From NCBI GenBank assembly GCA_041302975.1, contig JBFYQC010000129.1, positions 1-49,914 of the forward strand: a stretch of 49,914 bases of DNA. The letters are read 5' to 3'. How positions within the stretch are numbered: position 1 is the stretch's first letter; each line of letters starts with the position of its first letter. The translations under genes and the position numbers were made by a program. Under the pieces are notes generated by a model, which saw only the letters and a list, made by a program, of their open reading frames with translations, made no database searches and was not told the origin of the DNA. Positions 8,283 to 17,582 of the stretch are shown in pieces. This DNA comes from Bacteroidota bacterium. Its GTDB lineage: Bacteria > Bacteroidota > Bacteroidia > UKL13-3.

Positions 8283-10040
8283 ATGAGACTACTTAAACAG
8301 GTTTCTTACTCTTTTTTGTTCGCTGCTGCAGCAATCACCACAGGATGTAGTGTAAAAACAAACATGGGTAACAACAATTACACCGTAACACCAAACCCGT
8401 TGGAGGTAAAAGGCGACTCTATTTTAATTACCATGAGCGCTAACATTCCAGCTAAGTCGTTTAACCCTAAAGCGAATGTTCAGTTTCAACCATACCTAAA
8501 AACTGCTAAGGGCGATGTACAACTTAAAGCAGTAACACTTGGTGGTGAAAAAGTGTTGGAGTCGGTTGATTTTAAAATTGATTCGAAAATTGGGGGTAAA
8601 ATTACTTACACTGAGAAGATTCCTTATAACTCAGATCTTAAACGTGCAACCTTGTATCCAAGTTTCGCAGTTAAAGTAAATGGTAATTACCAGACATTAG
8701 AAGCTATTAAGGGGAGTACTTTTTCTGATAAAGTTTTAGCTGAAGGAACAATTACTACTCCTTTGTTAGTTAAATCTAGCGAAACTCCAATATTTGATGG
8801 CACTGCCTACACAGCTGCATTCAGCACTAAGTCGGTTGATATTTACTTTCCTCTTGATGGAGATAGATTTAATCCAAACTTCAAATCTGGCAAATTAATT
8901 AGTAACAAAAAACAGTTAAACCTACTTAAACAGTCGTTAAAGTCTGATAAAAATTGGGCTGTTAAAGGTATAGCAATTAATGGTTTCGCATCACCTGAGG
9001 GTGAATTACAAAGAAATACTGGTCTATCTCAGGGGCGTGCTAATTCTACATTCAGCTACATGAAAAAAGAGTTGAAAAAATTAGGTTTCACTGAAGTTAA
9101 TGATCAAAACTTAACAATGGGTGCTTCTTTATCAGAGGATTGGGCTGGTTTAGCAAAACTAATCGAAGCATCTTCATTAAAAAATAAAGCGGCTTTGGTT
9201 GCCATCATTAACAACAACTCATTATCTGATTTAGACAAAGAGGCTCAAATTAGAGATAACGATAAAAAATCTTGGGAAAAAATTAAAACAGAGATGTTGA
9301 CTAAATTACGTAGATCAGAGTTAGTAGTTAAAGGTCAAACCCCTTTAAAAACTGATGCTGAATTATTGGCAATGGTTAATATCGATTCGCTAAGCGATGT
9401 TGAAATGTTACACTTAGCAACTATCACTACTGATAACGCTAAGAAAATGGAAGTTTACAATAAATTCCAAACTAAATTCCCTAACGACTGGAGAGGATTT
9501 AACAATGCAGGTGCATTGGCTTCATCTAATGGTGATATGGCTGCTGCAGAAAGTAACTTAACTCGTGCAAACGAATTATCACCAGAAAATGGTGTTGTAT
9601 TGGCTAACATGGGTGTTGTCGCTAAAAATAAAGGTAATATCAAACAAGCTGAAGACTTATACAAACAAGCGGAAGGCAAAGGAGTAGATGTTAGCTACCA
9701 CAAAGCGGTGATTGCTATTAAAAAAGGTGATTATGCAAACGCAGTTAGCTTGTTTAATAAATCAGGCAAAAAAGATTTCAATACTGCTTTAGCTCAATTG
9801 TTAAACGGTGATGCTGCAGGTGCAAAAACTACAATTGATAACATGGCTCCTGATCAATTAAACTGGGAATTGTACTACTTACGTGCAATTGCAGGTGCTC
9901 GTTTAAACAACGCAGAGGTTGTTACAAGTAACTTAACTCGTGCAGTCCAACAAAATGGTGCAGTTCGTCAAATGGCTAAAGAAGATGTAGAGTTTATCAA
10001 ATTATTTGGTAATCCTACTTTCGAAGGTGCTATTCGCTAA
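8283..10040 (+). CDS. Lipoprotein with OmpA-like segment and C-terminal TPR repeats
   Basis: Lipobox AAAAITTGCSV. INGFASPEGELQRNTGLSQGRANSTFSYM resembles an OmpA C-terminal-like motif. TPR-like repeats are present (NNAGALASSNGDMAAAESNLTRANELSP...). Confidence 0.7.
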   Translation: MRLLKQVSYSFLFAAAAITTGCSVKTNMGNNNYTVTPNPLEVKGDSILITMSANIPAKSFNPKANVQFQPYLKTAKGDVQLKAVTLGGEKVLESVDFKIDSKIGGKITYTEKIPYNSDLKRATLYPSFAVKVNGNYQTLEAIKGSTFSDKVLAEGTITTPLLVKSSETPIFDGTAYTAAFSTKSVDIYFPLDGDRFNPNFKSGKLISNKKQLNLLKQSLKSDKNWAVKGIAINGFASPEGELQRNTGLSQGRANSTFSYMKKELKKLGFTEVNDQNLTMGASLSEDWAGLAKLIEASSLKNKAALVAIINNNSLSDLDKEAQIRDNDKKSWEKIKTEMLTKLRRSELVVKGQTPLKTDAELLAMVNIDSLSDVEMLHLATITTDNAKKMEVYNKFQTKFPNDWRGFNNAGALASSNGDMAAAESNLTRANELSPENGVVLANMGVVAKNKGNIKQAEDLYKQAEGKGVDVSYHKAVIAIKKGDYANAVSLFNKSGKKDFNTALAQLLNGDAAGAKTTIDNMAPDQLNWELYYLRAIAGARLNNAEVVTSNLTRAVQQNGAVRQMAKEDVEFIKLFGNPTFEGAIR

Positions 10041-10061
10041 GCATTAAAAATATTAAAACTT

Positions 10062-10093
10062 AAAAGGGTTGAAACTATTTCAACCCTTTTTTT
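10062..10093 (+). terminator. Intrinsic terminator after the 8283..10040 gene
   Basis: AAAAGGGTTGAAA (10062-10074) pairs perfectly with TTTCAACCCTTTT (10078-10090), followed by a T-tract. Confidence 0.8.
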
Positions 10094-10117
10094 ATACATA
10101 AAGTAAAAAGAATTAAC

Positions 10118-11204
10118 ATGACAGCAGATCAGTTAAAAGCTTTACGTTTAAGGGTTGAAGACCTGAGGAGGTATCTTTGACGTTGATGGAAAGCAACTAT
10201 TAATACAAGATGAAGAGAATCAAAGTTTGCAACCGTCTTTTTGGGATGACCCGAAACGCGCAGAACAAATTTTAAAGAGCATCAAACAAAAAAAGATTTG
10301 GACAGACGCTTATGAAGCCGCTGAAACTTCGGTTGAGGATTTAAGTGTGTTGTATGAGTTTTTTACCATAGATGAAGCCGAAGAGGAGGAGGTTGATGCG
10401 GCATATAAATTAGCGATTGACTGTATTGAGTCGTTAGAGTTGAAGAATATGCTGAGCGGTGAAGAAGATCAATTTAATTGTATTCTTCACATTAATTCAG
10501 GGGCAGGAGGAACAGAGAGTCAGGATTGGGCTGAGATGTTGATGCGTATGTATATTATGTACAGTGATAAACATGGATTTAAGGCCAGTGTTGTTGATGA
10601 GCAACCTGGTGATGGAGCAGGTATAAAATCTTGTTCTATAGAAATTACAGGGGACTTTGCATACGGATATTTAAAGGGCGAAAATGGGGTGCATCGTTTG
10701 GTGCGTATTTCTCCTTTTGATGCCAATGCCCGCAGACACACTTCTTTTGCATCAGTGTATTGTTATCCAATAATTGATGATAGCATTGAGATTGAAATTA
10801 AGGATGCTGACATTGAAATTCAAACTTCGCGTAGTGGCGGTGCAGGCGGACAAAATGTAAACAAAGTTGAAACGAAAGTTCAGTTAACTCATAAACCAAC
10901 AGGAATAGTTATTGTTTGCCAGGTTGAACGAAGCCAAAGTGCAAATAAGGAGCGCGCATTTAAAATGCTAAAATCGCAATTGTACGAATTAGAAATGCGC
11001 AAACGCAACGAGGCAAAACAGGCTTTAGAGGCGGGGAAGAAAAGAATTGAATGGGGATCCCAAATACGTAATTATGTATTTCATCCTTATAAATTGGTTA
11101 AAGACTTACGTACCGATATAGAAACTAGTGATGTGCAGGGGGTAATGGATGGTAACTTAGATCAATTTATAAAAGCATACTTAATGGAAGAATCGCAACA
11201 TTAG
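10118..11204 (+). CDS. prfB: Peptide chain release factor 2, expressed via programmed +1 frameshift at 10178
   Basis: Frame 0 reads [20 protein letters not shown] then TGA at 10178. The +1 frame from 10179 continues [24 protein letters not shown]... into the track ORF, which carries SPF ([12 protein letters not shown]) and GGQ ([11 protein letters not shown]) motifs. Confidence 0.95.
10166..10181 (+). other. RF2 +1 frameshift site AGGAGG TAT CTT TGA C
   Basis: SD-like AGGAGG, a 3-nt spacer, slippery CTT, an in-frame TGA and then C. The layout matches the classical RF2 autoregulatory site. Confidence 0.9.
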
Positions 11205-11215
11205 TAAATACAAAC

Positions 11216-11247
11216 AAAAAAGCCCTCGATAAATCGGGGGCTTTTTT
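11216..11247 (+). terminator. Intrinsic terminator after prfB
   Basis: AAAAAAGCCCTCGA / TCGGGGGCTTTTTT stem (one G-U pair) with a T-tract. Confidence 0.8.
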
Positions 11248-11305
11248 GTGTAATCAAAAAATGAAACCTATTAAAACATGGCAACTTCCGTTACCGGGTT
11301 TCCAA

Positions 11306-11632
11306 TTAAAAGTTTAATAACGGGGCGGCTTCTTCAGCAACTTTCGAAGTTAAATCTTCTTTGCTGTCAACTTTTTTAGTACCGCCATTTCCGTTGGTAA
11401 CAGTTTTTACTTTGGTAAATTCGCCCAAACCAAAAACCTCATATTTGTTTTCTTTTAAAAACATGCCCAATGCAATGGCTTGTTTAATGTTGCCAATTTG
11501 CACGTCAATTTCAAACTCATCGTTAATCATTGGGCGAGGAGATACCGTGAAAATAACTTTTTGATCCATTAAGTAATCAAACAAAAATGCGGTAGTTTTT
11601 CTCTTCGCTAATACTGTTACTTTTTCTTCCAT
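11306..11632 (-). CDS. Hypothetical protein (108 aa)
   Basis: The most plausible start is ATG 11632 (MEEKVTVLAKRK...). The track ORF extends to 11752 through a Cys/aromatic-rich stretch that looks non-coding. No motif recognised. Confidence 0.5.
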   Translation of the reverse strand: MEEKVTVLAKRKTTAFLFDYLMDQKVIFTVSPRPMINDEFEIDVQIGNIKQAIALGMFLKENKYEVFGLGEFTKVKTVTNGNGGTKKVDSKEDLTSKVAEEAAPLLNF

Positions 11633-11850
11633 TATATGATAATTAGTATTTAAAGTGTTGATAATCTGATTGTATGTTTCTTCTGAAACATGTTGTAAAT
11701 ATACAAAGCAGGCTTGGTTTCCCCGAAATTTATAGATGATAGATACACACAAAATTTAGCATTCATACCAACCTTATGCACATTGTCATTCAAAGTGTGA
11801 ATAACATGTGAATATCTAGGGGTTTATACACATGGATTTGTAATTCGTAT

Positions 11851-11886
11851 ACCAAAATCGCCCACAATTAGGCAGGCGATTTTGGT
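11851..11886 (-). terminator. Perfect 12-bp stem-loop downstream of the TPR gene
   Basis: ACCAAAATCGCC (11851-11862) pairs perfectly with GGCGATTTTGGT (11875-11886). It lies 39 nt past the stop at 11925, and no strong T-tract follows. Confidence 0.5.
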
Positions 11887-11924
11887 GTAATCAAAACCCT
11901 ATATATCCTTAATGGCAAAATGCA

Positions 11925-12596
11925 TTAAGCCGCTAAACGTTGGTTGTGGTGGTAGTCGGCTACGTTTTGTGCTAACTTTAAGTCCCTTAAGTAGTTATCA
12001 ATATCGCCCAATAACATTTTGCAATGAGCTCTTAATCGGTAGGCATCAGCATAATGCTCGTCTATACTAAGCGCTTTGTTTAAATCGCCAATGGCAATTT
12101 CCGGTTTGTTAAATTTAACAAATACCAATGCTCTCCAATAATAAAGGTCTTTTCTAAAAGGGCTCTCCACAATGGCCTTATTGATAAAAAGGTATGCGTC
12201 ATCGTAATCTTTTTGTAAGTAACACAACTCTGCAGCCATAAATAGATAATTGGCATTGTGGTTTTCTAATTCAAGGGCTTTAACCAAAAAGGTTAAGGCC
12301 ACATCATAGTTTAAGTTTATTTTATACAGTTCGGCCAGATGGAAATACACTTCCGAGTCGTTTTCGCCTTCTTCTAGCATTTTGGCTAAAATGGCTTGAG
12401 CCGTTTTAAGTTTGCCCATGTATATGTAACACAAGGCGCGTTTAGTTTGTACCACTTTATTTTCACTATCAAATAAAAGCACCATGTTAAATAAGTGGAG
12501 TGCTTCTGTAAAATCACCGCGGTGTAAAGTCTGTAATGCGTTGTCTAAAATCTGTGTAGGTTTTACGGTGTAAACCATTTGCTCTAGTGTTTTCAT
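11925..12596 (-). CDS. TPR repeat protein
   Basis: Repeated 34-aa-type helices (ALHLFNMVLLFDSEN, AQAILAKMLEEGEN, ALTFLVKALELENHN, AIGDLNKALSIDEHYADAY). ATG is at 12596, and the track start 12626 is a TTG. Confidence 0.7.
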   Translation of the reverse strand: MKTLEQMVYTVKPTQILDNALQTLHRGDFTEALHLFNMVLLFDSENKVVQTKRALCYIYMGKLKTAQAILAKMLEEGENDSEVYFHLAELYKINLNYDVALTFLVKALELENHNANYLFMAAELCYLQKDYDDAYLFINKAIVESPFRKDLYYWRALVFVKFNKPEIAIGDLNKALSIDEHYADAYRLRAHCKMLLGDIDNYLRDLKLAQNVADYHHNQRLAA

Positions 12597-12781
12597 GACG
12601 TTATTTGTTTTATTTTCTGAGTACAAAGTTTGACTGCCACTTCGCAGCCTATTTGCGAAGTGTTCAATATTTATCTAAGTTGCTCATTTTTAATTTGTTA
12701 AATTGTAAAAAGTAGCTTTGTTTATTTGTTTTAGGTTGATATAACACCTATAAATTCCTGAATAGGGCATGAGTTAATTGC

Positions 12782-12789
12782 TAACTTTG
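12782..12789 (+). promoter_or_regulatory. Candidate -7 box TAACTTTG
   Basis: Perfect TAnnTTTG ending 27 nt upstream of ATG 12817. Confidence 0.4.
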
Positions 12790-12816
12790 TCATCAAATCA
12801 GTAACAAATTCTAAAA

Positions 12817-13467
12817 ATGAAAACAGCATTAGTGGTAGGGGCAACAGGGGCAGTTGGTAAAGCCTTAGTATATCAATTAATAGAGGATAAAAGTTATGTG
12901 CGTATTTTGGTTTTATCACGCAAGCCATTAACTATCAAGCATCATAAATTAAGTGTAGTAATGGTGAACTTTGATAAGTTAGCCGATTACAGTGAACAAA
13001 TGGCAGCCGATGATGTATTTTGTTGTTTAGGAACAACTATTAAAGTGGCTGGAAGTAAAGCCGCTTTTTACAAGATTGATCACGATTATGTGTTAGATGT
13101 TGCGCGTATTTGTAAACAAAAAGGAGCCCAACAGTTTATTTTAGTTACCGCAATGGGAGCCGATTCAAACTCTGCTATATTTTATAATAAAGTTAAAGGA
13201 GAGGTTGAACAGCATTTGACCGAATTAGAATATGATACCTTGATTGTTGTTCGTCCGAGCCTGCTGTTAACCAACCGTAGCGAATTTAGGTTTGGTGAGT
13301 GGGTAGCACAAGTAATGATGAAATATACCCGATTTTTATTTGTTGGTCCGTTAAAAAAGATAAAAGCCATACCGGTTGAAACGGTGGCCAAAGCTATGAG
13401 GCATTACGCCAATAATAATCTAAAAGGTAACCATGTATTTACCAATGATACTTTGTTTGTTGAATAA
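12817..13467 (+). CDS. NAD(P)H-binding Rossmann-fold protein (atypical SDR / HTATIP2-like)
   Basis: N-terminal MKTALVVGATGAVGKALV glycine-rich dinucleotide-binding motif, 216 aa. Confidence 0.7.
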   Translation: MKTALVVGATGAVGKALVYQLIEDKSYVRILVLSRKPLTIKHHKLSVVMVNFDKLADYSEQMAADDVFCCLGTTIKVAGSKAAFYKIDHDYVLDVARICKQKGAQQFILVTAMGADSNSAIFYNKVKGEVEQHLTELEYDTLIVVRPSLLLTNRSEFRFGEWVAQVMMKYTRFLFVGPLKKIKAIPVETVAKAMRHYANNNLKGNHVFTNDTLFVE

Positions 13468-13476
13468 GTAGGATAA

Positions 13477-14397
13477 CTATTTCTGCATATCAAACTCTTG
13501 AAGCATGCCGGTTTGTTTTTCCCAACGACCGGTTTTTTTGTTAAACTTATAAAAGTCGTAACTGCCATCGGGTACATAAGTTTCCGGGTGACCATAATCT
13601 TGCGGGCGGGTGGGAGCAACATTTTCTTGTACCAAGATGTTTTTAGTAGGCTCATAACGTAATACCATGTTTGCGCTGTTGTTGTATTCAAATATCATAC
13701 GCTTTAAAGGTTGTTTAAAACGTTTGTCTTTTATATCAAAAATTGAAGCACCAAAACGAGGTTCATTATTCTCAAAGTATAATGATTCAACCACTTTTTT
13801 ATTGCTCATCATTGTGTTTCCATCCCATCCAATAAGGGTGTAGTAGGTTTGTTTTCTGTAAGTGTTAGCAATAATTTTATAATACAATGCACCAAACCAA
13901 TGTTCGCTACTTACTGTAGTGTCCAACGCATTTTTAATATAATCAGAACGGTCTATTAATGGATAATAACTGCGCAAGTTAGTCGTGTCTTTTACTGTTT
14001 TTATGTAATCGGGGTTTAGTTGAATAACACCATAATTTCTGTAGCTTTCGTTGTTTAGTGACAGGTTCCAAGTAACAACACGAAACATGTTATCAGGAGA
14101 TGGTAACACCGAAATGTTTTTAATGGTATCGAAATTGTAGAAGTATGAGTTAGTTATGCGTAATGCTTTTACAAAACTTTTCACAAAGTGATAGGCCGAT
14201 GTTAAACGTTCTTGTTCATCAGAAGAGGTTATCATGAGCTTTCCCAATGCTTCTAATCTAATTTCAAGGTCATTTAATGAGTCAAGGCTTAATGAATCTA
14301 TTCTGTTAACCGAACCGATTGGGAACTTTTGGGCTTGAGTTGATTCAACTCCTAATATGCCGAAAACTAAAAGTAATGCAAAAACAAATGATTTCAT
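13477..14397 (-). CDS. Hypothetical secreted protein
   Basis: Signal peptide MKSFVFALLLVFGILGVESTQAQ (ATG 14397; the track start 14415 adds 6 aa). No motif recognised. Confidence 0.6.
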   Translation of the reverse strand: MKSFVFALLLVFGILGVESTQAQKFPIGSVNRIDSLSLDSLNDLEIRLEALGKLMITSSDEQERLTSAYHFVKSFVKALRITNSYFYNFDTIKNISVLPSPDNMFRVVTWNLSLNNESYRNYGVIQLNPDYIKTVKDTTNLRSYYPLIDRSDYIKNALDTTVSSEHWFGALYYKIIANTYRKQTYYTLIGWDGNTMMSNKKVVESLYFENNEPRFGASIFDIKDKRFKQPLKRMIFEYNNSANMVLRYEPTKNILVQENVAPTRPQDYGHPETYVPDGSYDFYKFNKKTGRWEKQTGMLQEFDMQK

Positions 14398-14784
14398 ATT
14401 GGGTGTAAATATCATAAAAACGTCTCAGCATTAATAATAATATTTGGTACAAAAAAGACATTCATTCTGAAGCCTTCAGTTCTATTGATTAAGTTTAGTG
14501 AAATTTTTATCTTTTTGAAATGTATTTATTCATTTATAGGGATTACTTAAAAAATGAATCATAATAGCCAGTCATAAGTAATTTGTATATCAGTAGTTGA
14601 GGAGAATTTACCGAACATGTTTTAAATGGATTTAAACTAGTTATTACCAATTATATTTTTTAATAATTGGCAATATTTAGTGCCAAATAATTAAAATCCA
14701 TAATAAGGCTCAATATTATTTTATTCCCATAAATCAAATAGTTTAACTTTTCAGGGGTACAAAAAATTAATTTGGGATAAAACA

Positions 14785-14808
14785 AAAAGCACCCCGAGAG
14801 GTGCTTTT
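14785..14808 (-). terminator. Stem-loop after the thiolase gene
   Basis: AAAAGCACC / GGTGCTTTT perfect 9-bp stem with a 6-nt loop, 23 nt past the stop. Confidence 0.65.
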
Positions 14809-14830
14809 ATTTATTGAAGTATTTTATTTG

Positions 14831-16009
14831 TTATACTTTTTTAATAACTAGGGCAGATGCACCACCACCACCGTTGCAAATTCCTGTAACACCAATACTT
14901 CCGTTTTCTTGGTTTAAAATGCTGGTTAATGTAGCAACAATTCTGCTTCCGCTGTTTCCAAGTGCATGACCAAGTGCAATTGCACCTCCATAAACGTTTA
15001 CTTTTTTGCTATCAATACCCAATAAGCGGTTGTTGATAATTCCTACTACAGCAAATGCCTCATTAAACTCAAAATAGTCTACATCTTTAATGTCAACACC
15101 GGCCATTTTTAATGCTTTAGGAACGGCCAATGAAGGCGCAGTAGTGAACCACTCAGGTGCATGTGCTGCATCTGCAAAACCAATAATTTGTGCAATAGGT
15201 TTTAAACCTAATTCTTTCATTTTTTCACCACTCATTAAAACCAATGCACTTGCACCATCACTAAGTGGAGAAGCATTACCGGCAGTAACAGTACCTGTTT
15301 TATCAAAAGCAGGTTTTAATGTTTTCATTTTATCGAAGTTGGCTTTGGTGTATTGCTCATCTTCGGTCATTAAAATTGGATCTTTACCCCTTACCGGAAT
15401 TTCAACAGGCACAATTTCAGAGTTGAATCCTTTTTTATCAAAAGCAGCTTGTGCGCGTGTGTAACTTTCAATCGCAAAGGCATCTTGCTCTTCGCGGGTA
15501 ATGTTGTGTTCACGGGCACATAATTCACCTGCATTTCCCATATGGAAATCGCTGTACACATCCCACAAGCCATCTTTAATTAAACCATCGGTAATTTGTC
15601 CGTGGCCTAAACGATAACCATTGCGGGCTTTATCCATGTAGTAAGGCACATTACTCATGCTTTCCATACCACCGGCAACCACTATATCGTTTGCGCCTAA
15701 CATAATACTTTGTGCGCCTAACATAATGGCTTTACTACCTGACGCGCAAACTTTGTTTACTGTTGTTGAAGGAACAGTATTAGGAATTCCTGCGGCAATC
15801 ATTGCTTGTGTTGCAGGAGCTTGGCCTAACCCGGCACTTAATACATTACCCATGTATACTTCGTTTACCAATTCGGGGCTAATGTTAGCTTTTGCTAAAG
15901 CGCCTTTAATGGCAATTGTTCCTAATTGAGTAGCCGAAAAACCAGCTAAGGCCCCACCAAAACTACCAACTGGAGTACGGGCTACCGATACGATAAAAAC
16001 TTCTTTCAT
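14831..16009 (-). CDS. Acetyl-CoA C-acetyltransferase (thiolase II)
   Basis: MKEVFIVSVARTPVGSFGG N-terminus, active-site region NKVCASGSKAI, and C-terminal GICNGGGGASALVI signature. Confidence 0.92.
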   Translation of the reverse strand: MKEVFIVSVARTPVGSFGGALAGFSATQLGTIAIKGALAKANISPELVNEVYMGNVLSAGLGQAPATQAMIAAGIPNTVPSTTVNKVCASGSKAIMLGAQSIMLGANDIVVAGGMESMSNVPYYMDKARNGYRLGHGQITDGLIKDGLWDVYSDFHMGNAGELCAREHNITREEQDAFAIESYTRAQAAFDKKGFNSEIVPVEIPVRGKDPILMTEDEQYTKANFDKMKTLKPAFDKTGTVTAGNASPLSDGASALVLMSGEKMKELGLKPIAQIIGFADAAHAPEWFTTAPSLAVPKALKMAGVDIKDVDYFEFNEAFAVVGIINNRLLGIDSKKVNVYGGAIALGHALGNSGSRIVATLTSILNQENGSIGVTGICNGGGGASALVIKKV

Positions 16010-16069
16010 GTTGTTTATTTTTTGGCGCAAAAGCACCATTTTTTAATGTTTTAACTTTAAAAAGATGCG

Positions 16070-16077
16070 CAAATGTA
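16070..16077 (-). promoter_or_regulatory. Candidate -7 box (TACATTTG on minus strand) upstream of thiolase
   Basis: Plus strand reads CAAATGTA, 61 nt upstream of ATG 16009. Confidence 0.3.
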
Positions 16078-16142
16078 GGAATTTTAAATTTTAGCGTGTG
16101 TTTATTTTTATATACTTGGTTTAATTGCGTTATTCGCATGAT

Positions 16143-16892
16143 ATGGGTATCAATAGGGCTTTTGTCTATGGCGATTTATTGTTTGAAACCATCAGGTTAT
16201 CAGGTGGTGAGTTGGTGAATATAGACTTGCATGCAAAAAGGCTAGAGCAAGGAGCCAAATTGTTGGGGTTTGATTTACCAAGTACTTGGGATGTTCATTA
16301 TTTATCCGACTTGGTACTTTCAAGCGTAAAGAGTATTGATGCCCGTATTCGATTAGTGGTAAGTCGACAAGGGAACGGATTTTATTTGCCTAATAATAAT
16401 GATGTAAGGTTTTACGTAGAGCATTGGGCATTGATGCCGAAAAAAACTTTAATTAATAACATTGATGTTTATGAAGAACAATACAAGGCCTCTAGCACCC
16501 TATCTAATATTAAGAGTGGAAATTCTTTGATTTATGTTTTAGCCTCACAGTATGCAGTTGCCAATAGATTAGACGATGCACTTATTCTAAATCAACATGG
16601 CCGAATTGCAGAGGCAACAAGTAGTAACTTGTTTTGGATAAAAAATGGCATTATATCAACACCACCATTAGGAGAAGGCCCAGTAGCGGGGATTATGCGA
16701 GAAGTTGTTATGGAATTAGCGCAAAAGCAGGGTTTGTTGGTGCAAGAGAAGGAATTAACTATTGATGAATTGTTGATTGCAGATGAGTGTTTTTTAACCA
16801 ATGCGCTTAATGGAATTACAATTGTAAACAAGTTTCGAGATAAAGAAATGGAGCATGAAATCACCTCATTGCTTCAACGAGATATTAAATAA
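16143..16892 (+). CDS. Class IV (fold-type IV) aminotransferase family protein, aminodeoxychorismate-lyase-like
   Basis: YGDLLFETIR N-terminus, IAEATSSNLFWIKNG and GVAGIMRE motifs of the class IV family, about 250 aa. The track start 16125 is a TTG. Confidence 0.7.
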   Translation: MGINRAFVYGDLLFETIRLSGGELVNIDLHAKRLEQGAKLLGFDLPSTWDVHYLSDLVLSSVKSIDARIRLVVSRQGNGFYLPNNNDVRFYVEHWALMPKKTLINNIDVYEEQYKASSTLSNIKSGNSLIYVLASQYAVANRLDDALILNQHGRIAEATSSNLFWIKNGIISTPPLGEGPVAGIMREVVMELAQKQGLLVQEKELTIDELLIADECFLTNALNGITIVNKFRDKEMEHEITSLLQRDIK

Positions 16893-16893
16893 A

Positions 16894-16923
16894 AAAAGGG
16901 GGCTTTAGGTAAAGCCCCCTTTT
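16894..16923. terminator. Bidirectional terminator between convergent genes
   Basis: AAAAGGGGGCTTT / AAAGCCCCCTTTT perfect 13-bp stem with a 4-nt loop, flanked by A- and T-tracts. Confidence 0.85.
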
Positions 16924-16925
16924 AA

Positions 16926-17426
16926 TTATAAAATTCCTTCTTCTAAAATATCTTCGTTTGCATCACCCTCAGTATTTTCTAGTTTTATTTCGGCTGGAGT
17001 CGATGGTTTCTTTTTGCCTGTATTAGTTTTTTGCTTCGCCTTGCGGGATTCACGTTGCTTTTTCATTTCTGCTTTGCGCTCGGTTTTTATTTTGTCGTAC
17101 TCGGCTTTTTGTTGCTCGTTTAAAATTTGTTTAACACGCTCATCGTTTTTTTGCATTTGAGCAACCACCGCTTTGCGTTTTTCTTCTTTGTTAGCGGACT
17201 TGTTGGCTTCCCTTAATGCCTGCATTTCAGTACGATTTTGCTTAATGGCGTCTTTTAGTTTTGTTTGTTGTTCGGTAGTTAAATTTAGTCTTTTACTCAC
17301 TTTTGCAAAAGCACTATCCTTATTTATGTGTTGTTGCTGTTGCTTGGATTTCGGTTTTTGGGCAAAAGATTCAGCACCAATAAACATTACAAAAGCCAAG
17401 GCTAAAAATTTAATTGCTGTTTTCAT
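16926..17426 (-). CDS. Periplasmic LTXXQ-motif (Spy/CpxP-like) protein, Lys/Gln-rich
   Basis: Signal peptide MKTAIKFLALAFVMFIGAESFAQ, then LTTEQQTKL and LNEQQKAEY repeats. Coiled-coil-like composition. Confidence 0.55.
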   Translation of the reverse strand: MKTAIKFLALAFVMFIGAESFAQKPKSKQQQQHINKDSAFAKVSKRLNLTTEQQTKLKDAIKQNRTEMQALREANKSANKEEKRKAVVAQMQKNDERVKQILNEQQKAEYDKIKTERKAEMKKQRESRKAKQKTNTGKKKPSTPAEIKLENTEGDANEDILEEGIL

Positions 17427-17451
17427 GATTTGATGTTTTAAGGTTGTTCGA

Positions 17452-17459
17452 CAAAATTA
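17452..17459 (-). promoter_or_regulatory. Candidate -7 box (TAATTTTG on minus strand)
   Basis: Plus strand reads CAAAATTA, 26 nt upstream of ATG 17426. Confidence 0.4.
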
Positions 17460-17582
17460 AGTTAATAAGGTTTAATGATAGCACAAATAAAATTGTACTA
17501 ATCTCAAAATCAGCCTTACCTTCGTTGCTCAAAATTTATTGTTCAATCAACAGGGCTATTTACCCTGCAATGTTTTGAAATT

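Noticed and set aside
11633-11752. Upstream 40-codon extension of the 11306 ORF
   Set aside because: The extension (MCVSIIYKFRGNQACFVYLQHV…) lacks protein-like character. ATG 11632 gives a compact 108-aa product. This remains uncertain without homology data.
12638-12662. 9-bp hairpin CACTTCGCA-N7-TGCGAAGTG in the TPR-gene leader, considered as a riboswitch or attenuator
   Set aside because: It is a single short hairpin with no alternative pairing, no leader peptide and no known motif. There is insufficient evidence for a regulatory call.
13404-13691. 95-aa ORF overlapping the ends of two supported genes
   Set aside because: It is out of frame within the 13477..14397 gene and overlaps the 12817..13467 stop region, with no supporting features.
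14416-14830. Long AT-rich spacer considered as a CRISPR array, RNase P/6S/SRP RNA or IS remnant
   Set aside because: It has no direct repeats of CRISPR length and none of the conserved RNA core motifs I know (for example GAGGAAAGTCC). It has no terminal inverted repeats. It is retained only as a low-interest unexplained spacer.
15090-15464. 124-aa ORF antisense to the thiolase gene (also 15657..15929 and 15391..15573)
   Set aside because: It is a shadow frame of a highly conserved thiolase, and its Ala/Ser/Pro-rich translation has no recognisable features.
17173-17433. 86-aa ORF containing a CCCCC run, antisense to the LTXXQ protein gene
   Set aside because: The Cys run is the reverse-frame image of the Gln/Lys-rich repeats (CAA/CAG/AAA) of the real gene, so it is an artefact.
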